DNA from: an uncultured delta proteobacterium
GTDB taxonomy: Bacteria > Desulfobacterota > Binatia > Binatales > Binataceae
Length of the DNA stretch: 64,000 nucleotides
Assembly: GCA_963774705.1 (NCBI GenBank)
Contig: CAVZFW010000004.1
Location: 3,793 to 67,792 of the forward strand
Reading direction: 5' to 3'
The position numbers were made by a program, and so were the translations under genes. How positions within the stretch are numbered: the stretch's first letter is position 1; each line of letters opens with the position of its first letter. Below are positions 32,800 to 40,500 of this stretch, one piece after another. The notes beneath the pieces were generated by a model that saw only the letters and a list, made by a program, of their open reading frames with translations, had not been told where the DNA came from and ran no database searches.

Positions 32800-33318
32800 A
32801 TGGCAGCCGATCTCGAAGCACGCGTCCGCGAGCTGGAAAATACGGTGCAGGAATTACGCGATCGCGAAGCGATCCGCGACTTGCGCTATCGCTATCACGA
32901 ATACGTTAACGAGGGTAAGTTCGCAGAGATTCCGGGGTTGTTCACCACCGACGGCGAGCTCGATTTCGCGCATCTCGGCAAGGCCAATGGACACAACGAA
33001 ATCGCCCGCTTTTTTGGCGCGCTCAATGAGAAGCCGAGTGCCGGGGCAAAGGACCGTCCGCGAATCACCTGGGTCAAGCAGTTCATTCACAACCACACGA
33101 TCGAGTTGGACGGCGACCGTGGACGCGGCTTTTCCTATCTCGAAGCGAAGCCCATCTATAATGGCGAGGCCTTCCTGGTGGCGGCACGCTATGACGACGA
33201 ATACGTCCGACAGAACGGCCAGTGGAAGTTCAAGAAAATGAGCCTGATACCGTACTTCATGGTGCCCTTGAAGGAAGGCTGGGCGCAGGAGGATCGTCTC
33301 AAGATGCGGACGCATTAG
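32800..33318 (+). CDS. SnoaL-like / NTF2-fold protein
   Basis: 172 aa. The N-terminal pattern ELRDREAIRDLRYRYHEYVNEG is typical of SnoaL_4-type proteins. GGAGGA RBS before the ATG. Confidence 0.6.
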   Translation: MAADLEARVRELENTVQELRDREAIRDLRYRYHEYVNEGKFAEIPGLFTTDGELDFAHLGKANGHNEIARFFGALNEKPSAGAKDRPRITWVKQFIHNHTIELDGDRGRGFSYLEAKPIYNGEAFLVAARYDDEYVRQNGQWKFKKMSLIPYFMVPLKEGWAQEDRLKMRTH

Positions 33319-33341
33319 CGTTGTAGATCGCGGAATCATAA

Positions 33342-33369
33342 CGGCCGGAGCGGTTTCCGGCTCCGGCCG
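33342..33369. terminator. GC-rich hairpin between convergent genes
   Basis: CGGCCGGAGC-ggtttccg-GCTCCGGCCG, a perfect 10-bp stem. It lacks a clean U-run, so terminator function is uncertain. Confidence 0.35.
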
Positions 33370-33493
33370 TGGTGGTGATTGATGAGTCGAAGATCGTTAC
33401 TCCGATTGCTGGGGGAAACCAGTTCCCGTCGATTCAGACGCTAGACGACTATCGCGAACTTCAATTCGTGTCTCGCCCGCAAGCACGTCGAAT

Positions 33494-34738
33494 CTACATG
33501 TTATCGACGATTGCCTTGCCGAACTCCGAGCACTTGAGCAGCTTCGCTCCGCTCATCTGGCGCTCGAAATCGTAAGTGACGGTTTTGTTGGAGATGGTTT
33601 TTTCCATCCCGCGGATGATGCCGTCGGCGACTTCCTGCCAGCCCATATGCTCGAACATCAGGACGCCCGAGAGGATCACGGAACCAGGGTTGACCTTGTC
33701 CTGATTCGCGTATTTTGGCGCGGTGCCGTGCGTGGCTTCGAAAATCGCATGGCCGCTGACGTAGTTGATATTGGCGCCGGGCGCGATGCCGATACCGCCG
33801 ACCTGCGCGGCCATCGCGTCTGACAGATAGTCGCCGTTGAGGTTCATCGTCGCGACGACGTCGAATTCGTCGGGCCGCGTCAGAATCTGCTGCAGGGTGA
33901 TATCCGCGATCGCATCTTTGACCAGTAACTGGCCGGCCGGCGGATTACCGCCGCAATCGTCCCATCCGATCGCCTTGCCCTTGTATTCGCGTCGCACGAG
34001 GTCGTAGCCCCAATCGCGGAAAGCGCCCTCGGTGAACTTCATGATGTTGCCCTTGTGTACGAAGGTCACGCTGTTGCGCTTGTGGGCGATCGCATAATTC
34101 AAGGCGGCGCGAATGAGCCGTTCGGAGCCCTCGCGGGAGACCGGCTTGATGCCAATGCCGGAGGTATTCGGGAAACGGATGTTCTTTACGCCCATCTCCT
34201 CCTGCAGGAATTTGATGACCTTTTTTGCTTCGGGCGACTCGGCGGCCCATTCGACGCCGGCGTAGATGTCCTCGGTGTTCTCACGAAAGATCACGGCGTC
34301 GAGCTTTTCGGGATGCCGCACCGGGCTGGGCACGCCGGTGAAATAGCGCACGGGGCGCAAGCAGACGTAGAGATCGAGCAACTGGCGCAGGGCGACGTTG
34401 AGCGAGCGGATACCGCCGCCGATCGGCGTGGTCAACGGACCCTTGATGCCGACGAGATATTCCTGAAAGGCCTCGACGGTCTCGTCGGGCAGCCAGCTTT
34501 TCCATTGGTTGAACGGCTTTTCGCCGGCGAATACTTCCATCCAGGCGATTTTGCGCTTGCCGCCGTAGGTCTTTTGCACCGCGTGGTCGAAGACGTATTG
34601 CGAAGCGCGCCAGATGTCGGGGCCGGTGCCGTCGCCCTCGATGAAAGGAATTATCGGGCGGTCGGGAACGTGCAGCTTGCCGTCGGCCAGCCGAATTTTC
34701 TCACCGTCGTCAGGAACCTTGATATACTTGAACGCCAT
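33494..34738 (-). CDS. icd: NADP-dependent isocitrate dehydrogenase
   Basis: 414 aa intact. [26 protein letters not shown]. Confidence 0.95.
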   Translation of the reverse strand: MAFKYIKVPDDGEKIRLADGKLHVPDRPIIPFIEGDGTGPDIWRASQYVFDHAVQKTYGGKRKIAWMEVFAGEKPFNQWKSWLPDETVEAFQEYLVGIKGPLTTPIGGGIRSLNVALRQLLDLYVCLRPVRYFTGVPSPVRHPEKLDAVIFRENTEDIYAGVEWAAESPEAKKVIKFLQEEMGVKNIRFPNTSGIGIKPVSREGSERLIRAALNYAIAHKRNSVTFVHKGNIMKFTEGAFRDWGYDLVRREYKGKAIGWDDCGGNPPAGQLLVKDAIADITLQQILTRPDEFDVVATMNLNGDYLSDAMAAQVGGIGIAPGANINYVSGHAIFEATHGTAPKYANQDKVNPGSVILSGVLMFEHMGWQEVADGIIRGMEKTISNKTVTYDFERQMSGAKLLKCSEFGKAIVDNM

Positions 34739-34895
34739 CTACCTGATTTCCGTGTGGTGACGAGAAATTTGCGTTCCGCGCATGCGAATTCGCCCGCTGG
34801 GACGCCGTCATCGGCGCCACATCATATATCAAAGCTTCCGGTTTGCCAGCAGAGTGCGGCGATTTGAAGCCATAAAGCGACAAGTGAATTTTGCA

Positions 34896-35150
34896 ATTGT
34901 CCAAGGAATGATTGGCAAAATTGGCTTCGTTATGTACCGGCACCATTTCGGGTCGTCGATTGGCTGCGGCTAAACAAAAATTGCAAGCCGGCATGGTCCG
35001 GGGAGCGCGACGGTTGCGACAGGTGATCATAGATGCTCGGGACGACCGAACTCGGGGCGACAGGTCAGACACCGGAATGACACGAGGAGAACCACGGGCA
35101 TGATGCGCGCGGCAGGCGAACATGCGCCTTCATGTAGTACTCTACTCCTT
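34896..35150. other. Conserved non-coding element, copy A (paralogue of 59113..59282)
   Basis: Shares the blocks ATTGTcCAAGGA-N9-AAAATTGGcTTCGTTATGTAC (34896-34937) and CATGTAGTACTCTACTCCTT (35131-35150) with the intergenic region upstream of the alcohol dehydrogenase gene. Confidence 0.6.
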
Positions 35151-35244
35151 CGGGACGATTAGACAACCCGGCTTCGGGCACCGAATTCGTGTCCTTACGC
35201 CAGGGACGATGGGAGCGCCAGTGCTCGTTTGCTGAAGCTCACGT

Positions 35245-35767
35245 CTAAGGATGGGTGTCGACGGCCCCGTCAACGAGCGCGGCGTCGATTAAGGCGGCGA
35301 GGTGGAGAGTTTCGCCGCGACGGCCGGCGGTCTCGCCCGCGCGATTGTAAATCACCTTGCCGTGGCGATCGAAGATGGTCAGCGTCGGGATGTAGCCGCC
35401 GTAATACCTGGTGACGAGCGCATGTTGGAGCGGGCGCGACGTGGTTGAGATCGACGATCACGAAATGCACGCGGTCGCGATAGCGCGGATAGAGCGCGAC
35501 CAGCCGCTCGGACTCGCGATTGGTATTCCAGCAATGGGAAGTGCCGAAGAAGACCACGGTTGGACGATCGGTCGAGATAGCGGAGTCGCCCGCCGCATCG
35601 TCCATGAAGGGGAAATTACTGCTGGAATCATCGGTGAACGACAGATCAGGCGCAAGTTTCAGGTCCGCTTCGGCGGAGGCGCGGTGAATGCTGATGAGGG
35701 CGACCGTCAGAGCAATGGCGATCGCGACTCCGGCTGTAATTGACCTGGATTTTTCTCGAGTTCGCAT
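35245..35767 (-). pseudogene. Secreted thioredoxin-fold protein (CxxT motif), one frameshift
   Basis: Signal-anchor region, then VVFFGTSHCWNT. The C-terminal part TRYYGGYIPTLTIFDRHGKVIYNRAGE...THP* is in another frame, stopping at 35245-35247. Shift near 35405-35420. Confidence 0.6.
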
Positions 35768-36072
35768 CGCCGTCTCTCCTAGACAGGAACCGGAGGGGCC
35801 CGTACCTGGTTCCTAATTGCAACGCAGCGCGGGGATGAAGATCAAGGTGCCCTCACCCGCGTTCGCGATGCTCACGCGACCTCTCCCTGGACAAGGAGAG
35901 GTGTGGGATTTTTCACGGATGAGGGGTGGACGGGGTTGTTAATAGTCGAATCCGTACACATTTTACCAGGAGTATCGACATGGCAACTTTGAACGTGGCG
36001 TTGCAGCGTGAAGGTGGGCGTCGAATTGGAGAAATCGATAACGGCGACTCGGCCGCGATACATGATGCGGCG

Positions 36073-36216
36073 CTGAGCAACCGATTGAAGACTGGAGCGA
36101 TGGCGACTGATGGCGGATCTATGGGAAGCAGAGCGAAGACAGCAACGTCGGCTATTTACGGCGAGCCGATGAGGAACAGAGTGAAGACAGGTGCGGAAGC
36201 GATTTATGGCGGCCGG
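36073..36216 (+). repeat. Degenerate tandem repeat, 3 x 48 nt
   Basis: Units 36073-36120, 36121-36168 and 36169-36216. Hand alignment gives 32/48 and 33/48 identities. If read in frame, they translate to xRxKTGAxAIYGG-like 16-aa units. Confidence 0.6.
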
Positions 36217-36258
36217 GTCAAGTACACGGCGCGCGACGCCGGCGCCGGCGAACTGATC

Positions 36259-36837
36259 ATGAATAGCGCCAGCTTCGGGCGGCATGGCGAGGGCGCGCGG
36301 GTCGCCTTCACGATCGTCGATTCGGACTTCGGCCGGATTCTGATCGCCACCACGCGGACCGGGGTCTGCTGGATCGGAGTGTCGGATTCGGAGGCCCATC
36401 TCGAGGCCGAACTGCGCGGCGATTTGCCCGCGGCCAGTTGCGCCCGCGATGGCGACGGACTCGCCACAATCGCACGCAACGTGCTCGATTTCGTCGTCGG
36501 CCGCAGCAGCGAAATCATGCTGCCGGTCGATTTCCGGGCGACGCCCTTCCAGCTCGCCGTATGGCAGCAACTCTGCGCGATTCCGTGGGGCGAGACCCGC
36601 TCCTATGGCGAGATCGCACGGCGGCTCGGACGTCCCGAGGCGTCGCGCGCGGTCGGCGCCGCCAACGGCGCGAATCCGCTGGCGCTCGTGATCCCATGCC
36701 ATCGCGCGGTGGGCGCCGACGGATCGCTCACGGGCTATCGCTGGGGCCTCGAATACAAACGGCGGCTGTTGAGGCATGAACGGTCCCTCGCGCATCGCGA
36801 GGGACCGTTCAGCCTCATTGGGCAGAGCCGTGGATGA
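36259..36837 (+). CDS. ogt: Methylated-DNA--protein-cysteine methyltransferase
   Basis: TPFQLAVWQQLCAIPWGETRSYGEIA and the active site VIPCHRAV. The start at ATG 36259 is chosen conservatively. The track ORF extends to 35926 and would add a repeat-containing N-terminal extension. Confidence 0.85.
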   Translation: MNSASFGRHGEGARVAFTIVDSDFGRILIATTRTGVCWIGVSDSEAHLEAELRGDLPAASCARDGDGLATIARNVLDFVVGRSSEIMLPVDFRATPFQLAVWQQLCAIPWGETRSYGEIARRLGRPEASRAVGAANGANPLALVIPCHRAVGADGSLTGYRWGLEYKRRLLRHERSLAHREGPFSLIGQSRG

Positions 36838-36870
36838 AGAGCCCGGGCGTGCGAAGAAATGGTTGAGGAA

Positions 36871-36980
36871 CACAAAATTATAGCCTTTACTGAAACCGAC
36901 TTGTATCGTAACGCACCTCGCGGACTCGTTAGCTCGGCTCGCAAGCTCGCCTAGTGATAAGGTTTCAGACTTCCCATTGG
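36871..36980 (+). repeat. Hairpin-centred mosaic intergenic repeat, long form (copy 1)
   Basis: Left arm cacaaaattatagcctttaCTGAAACC, a 63-nt insert containing gcacctcgcgg and ctcgttagctcggctcgcaagctcgcctagtgat, then right arm GGTTTCAGacttcccattgg. Confidence 0.85.
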
Positions 36981-37150
36981 TAAGATGCCCCGAAACAGTG
37001 TCGTGCAGCGAATCGTGTTGAGCGTTCGTTCGGTGGTTGGAGGATTGACGCGCGATGGCCTAGAATCGCTAATGATTCAGCTATGGTAGCGAATGGCGAG
37101 AACGCGCGGATGCTGCGACGACGAACTCGTCGAGGCGGACGGAGACGGAC

Positions 37151-37348
37151 ATGAAGATCGTCGTCGATTACGACCTGTGCGAGAGTAACGCCCGCTGCAT
37201 GGAGGTCGCGCCGGAGTTGTTCGAAGTGCGCGACGACGACCAACTGTATGTGCTCGACGAACATCCGCCGGAGTCGGCCCGCGAGCGTGTGCTGCGGGCG
37301 ATCAAGGTGTGCCCGAAACACGCAATTTCGCTCGTTGAAGACAAATAG
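37151..37348 (+). CDS. Small [3Fe-4S]-type ferredoxin
   Basis: 65 aa, CESNARC...CP cysteine pattern, similar to the small ferredoxins that partner with P450s. Confidence 0.8.
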   Translation: MKIVVDYDLCESNARCMEVAPELFEVRDDDQLYVLDEHPPESARERVLRAIKVCPKHAISLVEDK

Positions 37349-37365
37349 GCTTCCGCCACGCTGAA

Positions 37366-37608
37366 TCAGGTGAAGTTCAGTTCCTTCAAAACCTCGCGTG
37401 CTTCTTCCGCCCGATCTGCATAGACCATCAGACGCGGTGGAACTGCTGCCCGACCCCTGAAGGGTCCGAGCATCCTGGAAGTTTCGGCGTCAAAGATGTA
37501 AGCCTCGATTCCTGCGTCGCGGAGGAAATCCCGCGCCATGTTTAGCAACATTACATCGAGGTTGTTGTAGATAGCGACCAGCTCGGCTTGCTCGCGATGA
37601 GACGCCAT
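37366..37608 (-). CDS. DUF2007-like small protein (putative signal-transducing fold)
   Basis: 80-aa ORF with a beta-alpha-beta pattern (LVAIYNN...EAYIFD...PRLMVYADRAEEAREVL). Family assignment is from memory. Confidence 0.55.
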   Translation of the reverse strand: MASHREQAELVAIYNNLDVMLLNMARDFLRDAGIEAYIFDAETSRMLGPFRGRAAVPPRLMVYADRAEEAREVLKELNFT

Positions 37609-37690
37609 ATATCGACGAATCTTACAAAGGGTTCGGCATCTTTACAAAATGTTGGCGTTTCTTACAGAACATCGATGCATCTTTAGAAAC

Positions 37691-37739
37691 GGGAAGTCTG
37701 AAACCTTATGAGGTTTCAGTAAAGGCTATAGTTTTGCGC
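37691..37739 (-). repeat. Hairpin-centred intergenic repeat, short form, inverted (copy 2)
   Basis: gggaagtCTGAAACCttatgaGGTTTCAGtaaaggctatagttttgcgc. Its reverse complement matches the two arms of copy 1 (15/15 and 25/28) without the 63-nt insert. Confidence 0.85.
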
Positions 37740-37795
37740 TCCTCCACCAATGGTTTGCCCACTTTTGCCCACTGGGTCTGCGCGTGCGCAGGGGG

Positions 37796-38503
37796 TCAGG
37801 TGCCTTGGATGGGGGAGGCCCAGCGGCCGAAGATGGTGTCGCCGATGCGTCCAAGCGCGGGCAGGTGTCGTTCGGCTTCGACCAGGATCGCATCGCCGTC
37901 GAGGCCGACGCGCTTGAGTCCTTCGCCGAATTCGCCGACCAGTGCGGTCAGGATTTCACGGGTCATCTCGGCATGAAAGAGGATCCCGTAGGCGTTGGCG
38001 CCGTATCGGTAGGCTTGAACCGGAGTCTTTGCGGAGGACGCGAGTGCAACGGCGTCGCGCGGGAGATCGAAGACGTCGCTATGCCAATGGGCAGCGACGA
38101 ACTCGCCGGGCAATCCGCGCATCAGCCGGTCATTTCTGGCGGCGTCGGCGAGGCGCACGGGATACCATCCGATTTCGCGCTGCTCGGCCCGCCGGACCTC
38201 GGCGCCGAGGGTCGCGGCGAGGAGCTGACTGCCGAGACAGACGCCGAGGATGGGCTTGTCGGCCTTGAGCGCGCTCTCAATCAATGCGATCTCGTCGCGC
38301 AGGTAGGGATACCGATCGAGCTGATAGACGGTCTCGGCACCGCCCATCACAATGAGACCGCCGAGACCCTTGACGTCCGTGGGGATGGGATGGCCGTCGA
38401 ACACGCGGATGTATTGCCATGCGAGGGCGGCACCTTCGAGGGCGTCGGCGATCGCGCCGAGGTTTTCCGCGGGATGATGTTGGAGGACGAGAATCTTGGC
38501 CAT
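37796..38503 (-). CDS. Class I glutamine amidotransferase-like protein
   Basis: MAKILVLQHH..., nucleophile elbow ILGVCLGSQLL, and HAE near the C-terminus. ATG 38503 has a GGAG 6 nt upstream. Confidence 0.8.
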   Translation of the reverse strand: MAKILVLQHHPAENLGAIADALEGAALAWQYIRVFDGHPIPTDVKGLGGLIVMGGAETVYQLDRYPYLRDEIALIESALKADKPILGVCLGSQLLAATLGAEVRRAEQREIGWYPVRLADAARNDRLMRGLPGEFVAAHWHSDVFDLPRDAVALASSAKTPVQAYRYGANAYGILFHAEMTREILTALVGEFGEGLKRVGLDGDAILVEAERHLPALGRIGDTIFGRWASPIQGT

Positions 38504-38591
38504 CGGATGCTCCAAGGGAGAATTCGCCGGGCACGCACAAGACAATATAAGAGCATTGGTGAAGGAGTACAAAACTGGGGGAATTTAAGAA

Positions 38592-38698
38592 ACTGAAATC
38601 TCAAAGAGTCTAATTTTTGCGCACCTCGCGCAGCTCACAGAGCTCGTTAGCTCGGCTCGCAAGCTCGCCTAGTGATCAGGTTTCAGACTTCCCATTGG
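38592..38698 (+). repeat. Hairpin-centred mosaic intergenic repeat, long-form variant (copy 3)
   Basis: 38643-38698 is 55/56 identical to 36925-36980. The left part (actgaaatctcaaagagtctaatttttgcgcacctcgcgcagctcacagag) carries the tttttgcgcacct module also seen at 45 kb. Confidence 0.9.
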
Positions 38699-38793
38699 GC
38701 TTGGCGGCGAGCGATGTTCGGACGAATGCGGCCGCGATGCGGCCGGTATCGGAGCAAGTGCTTTTCTGCGACTGCGCACGAATGGGAAGTTAA

Positions 38794-39132
38794 GTGATTC
38801 AGCTCAAAGAAAATAGGGTCAGGGGCACATTTGGTTGGCCGGTTCGCTTATTGTCGTTGCTGTTGGTCTTGGCAGTTATCGGACTTGCGGGACCGGAGAG
38901 ATGGAAGATGCTATTCAACCTTAGGAATCTTATCGTGATTTTCGTGGTCGTCGTATTTTCCCTAGGCTGGAGCTTTTTTGATGGACGCTCGGCGCCGCAC
39001 AGATTCATGAAGAGTTACGCCACGCGTCACGCGATCATGCTAGCCGCTGTCCTTTGGGCGCCAATCTTGATCGGACTGGTCGTTACGTTCTTGATGATGA
39101 TGTTCCGCCTCATTCATATTCCTCCAAAATGA
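38794..39132 (+). CDS. Hypothetical small membrane protein (three predicted TM helices), compositionally atypical
   Basis: GTG start. 112 aa with hydrophobic stretches LLSLLLVLAVIGLAG, LIVIFVVVVFSLGW and AVLWAPILIGLVVTFLMMMF. My hand count gives 169 G+C in 339 nt. Confidence 0.45.
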   Translation: MIQLKENRVRGTFGWPVRLLSLLLVLAVIGLAGPERWKMLFNLRNLIVIFVVVVFSLGWSFFDGRSAPHRFMKSYATRHAIMLAAVLWAPILIGLVVTFLMMMFRLIHIPPK

Positions 39133-39209
39133 CCAAACTGAGGCACTACGCCAGTTTTCGTGGGGCGGCGCGGGTGGGATAGATTTGCGTTGGTGGTCGT
39201 GAAGGCGCT

Positions 39210-40481
39210 ATGGGGACAGCTTGGCCGTCGCGGCCGATAAATTCACAAGAGGTTCGAGAGAGCGTGGACAAGAACGCAAAAACGCCGTTCAGCGCGATCA
39301 AGGTGGTCGAGTGCGGCCAGGGAATTTCCGCCGCGTTTGGGGCCAAGATGCTCGCCGATATCGGCGCCGAAGTGATCAAGGTCGAGCCGCCCGGGGGCGA
39401 TTTGGCGCGGCGTCGCGGGCCGTATCCGGAAGATAAAGAGGACCCGGAAAAGAGCGGCATCTTTATCTACCTTAATACCAACAAGCGCGGCGTGGTCGCT
39501 GACCTGACGCGTCCCGACGGGCGCGAACTGTTGGCGAAGCTGCTGGCCGATGCGGACGTGCTGATTCATAACGTGCCGCCGGCCGAGCGCGCGGCGCAGG
39601 GACTCGACAGCGCGGCGCTGTGCGCGGCTCATCCGAAATTGATCGTCACGTCGATTTCGATCTTCGGCGATACCGGACCTTATGCAGATTGGCGCGGCTA
39701 TGAATTGACGGTGGCGAACGCGGGCGGCTGGGCGTATCTGAGCCCGGGTGCGTCGCCCTACCCCGAGCAGCCGCCGCTCAAGTGTTTCGGCTCGCAGGGC
39801 GATTTCCAGGGCGGAATCCATGCGGCGACGGTCACGCTGGCGGCGTATCTGAACCGGCTCAAGACCGGTAAGGGCCAGGCGATCGACGTTTCGGAGCAGG
39901 AATGTATCGCGGCGATGCTCGAGATGAACCTGATGCATTGGACGTATGCGCATCGGGAGACCTCGCGGCTGGGGTCGCGGCTGTTGGGGCCGTGGTTTAT
40001 CGCTGACTGCGCCGACGGCAAGATTTTCGCGCTGGCGGTCGAAGAAGAGCAGTGGAAGCGGCTGGTCGAATTGATGGGGAATCCGGAGTGGGCGCAGGAA
40101 GACCTGTTCAAGGATCGGATCTCGCGGGGGCAGAATCAGGACGCACTGAAGGCCTTGATGAGCGAGTGGCTGAGCACCTGGAAGGTGCAGGACCTGTACG
40201 TCGAGGCGCAAAAGCGGCGGATTCCGTTCGCGCCGATCAACACGATGCGCGACCTGTACGAGAGCGAGCATCTGGCGGAGCGCAACTTCTTCGTATCGGT
40301 CGATCAGCCGGGGGTCGGCAAGGTCAAGGTGCCGGGAATGCCATCGATCTACAATCGCACGCAATGGTCGCTGCGGCGGCCGGCGCCGCGGCTCGGAGAG
40401 CATAGCGAGGAAGTCTTTTGCGGCGAGTATGGCATCGCGCGCGATCGCCTGAGCGAACTGCACAAGGCGGGCGTCGCCTAG
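39210..40481 (+). CDS. Family III CoA-transferase (CaiB/BaiF/Frc type)
   Basis: IKVVECGQGISAAFGAKMLADIGAEVIKVEPPGGD is the typical N-terminal motif. The start is uncertain; a GTG at 39264 is an alternative. Confidence 0.85.
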   Translation: MGTAWPSRPINSQEVRESVDKNAKTPFSAIKVVECGQGISAAFGAKMLADIGAEVIKVEPPGGDLARRRGPYPEDKEDPEKSGIFIYLNTNKRGVVADLTRPDGRELLAKLLADADVLIHNVPPAERAAQGLDSAALCAAHPKLIVTSISIFGDTGPYADWRGYELTVANAGGWAYLSPGASPYPEQPPLKCFGSQGDFQGGIHAATVTLAAYLNRLKTGKGQAIDVSEQECIAAMLEMNLMHWTYAHRETSRLGSRLLGPWFIADCADGKIFALAVEEEQWKRLVELMGNPEWAQEDLFKDRISRGQNQDALKALMSEWLSTWKVQDLYVEAQKRRIPFAPINTMRDLYESEHLAERNFFVSVDQPGVGKVKVPGMPSIYNRTQWSLRRPAPRLGEHSEEVFCGEYGIARDRLSELHKAGVA

Positions 40482-40500
40482 GAATCAGAGGGAAATCATC

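Noticed and set aside
34911-34930. A sigma-54 promoter (TGGCA…GGC) inside the conserved intergenic motif, suggested by the nearby activator-like gene
   Set aside because: GG to GC spacing is 10 rather than 12. Copy B lacks the GC element. The motif is on the plus strand, while the adjacent genes are on the minus strand. The TGGCAC at 45110 in the 45-kb repeat copy also has wrong spacing.
36912-36958. A tmRNA-like tag reading frame (…LVSSARKLA followed by two stops) inside the repeat insert
   Set aside because: The same segment occurs at two loci (36925-36958 and 38643-38676). No tRNA-like acceptor/T-arm ends flank either copy, and nothing resembles the tmRNA pseudoknot layout.
36871-38698. 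Integron attC sites flanking gene cassettes
   Set aside because: Only the AAC/GTT triplets of the core sites are present; CTGAAAC and GTTTCAG fit RYYYAAC/GTTRRRY poorly. The cassettes are in mixed orientation, and no intI integrase or attI is in the window.
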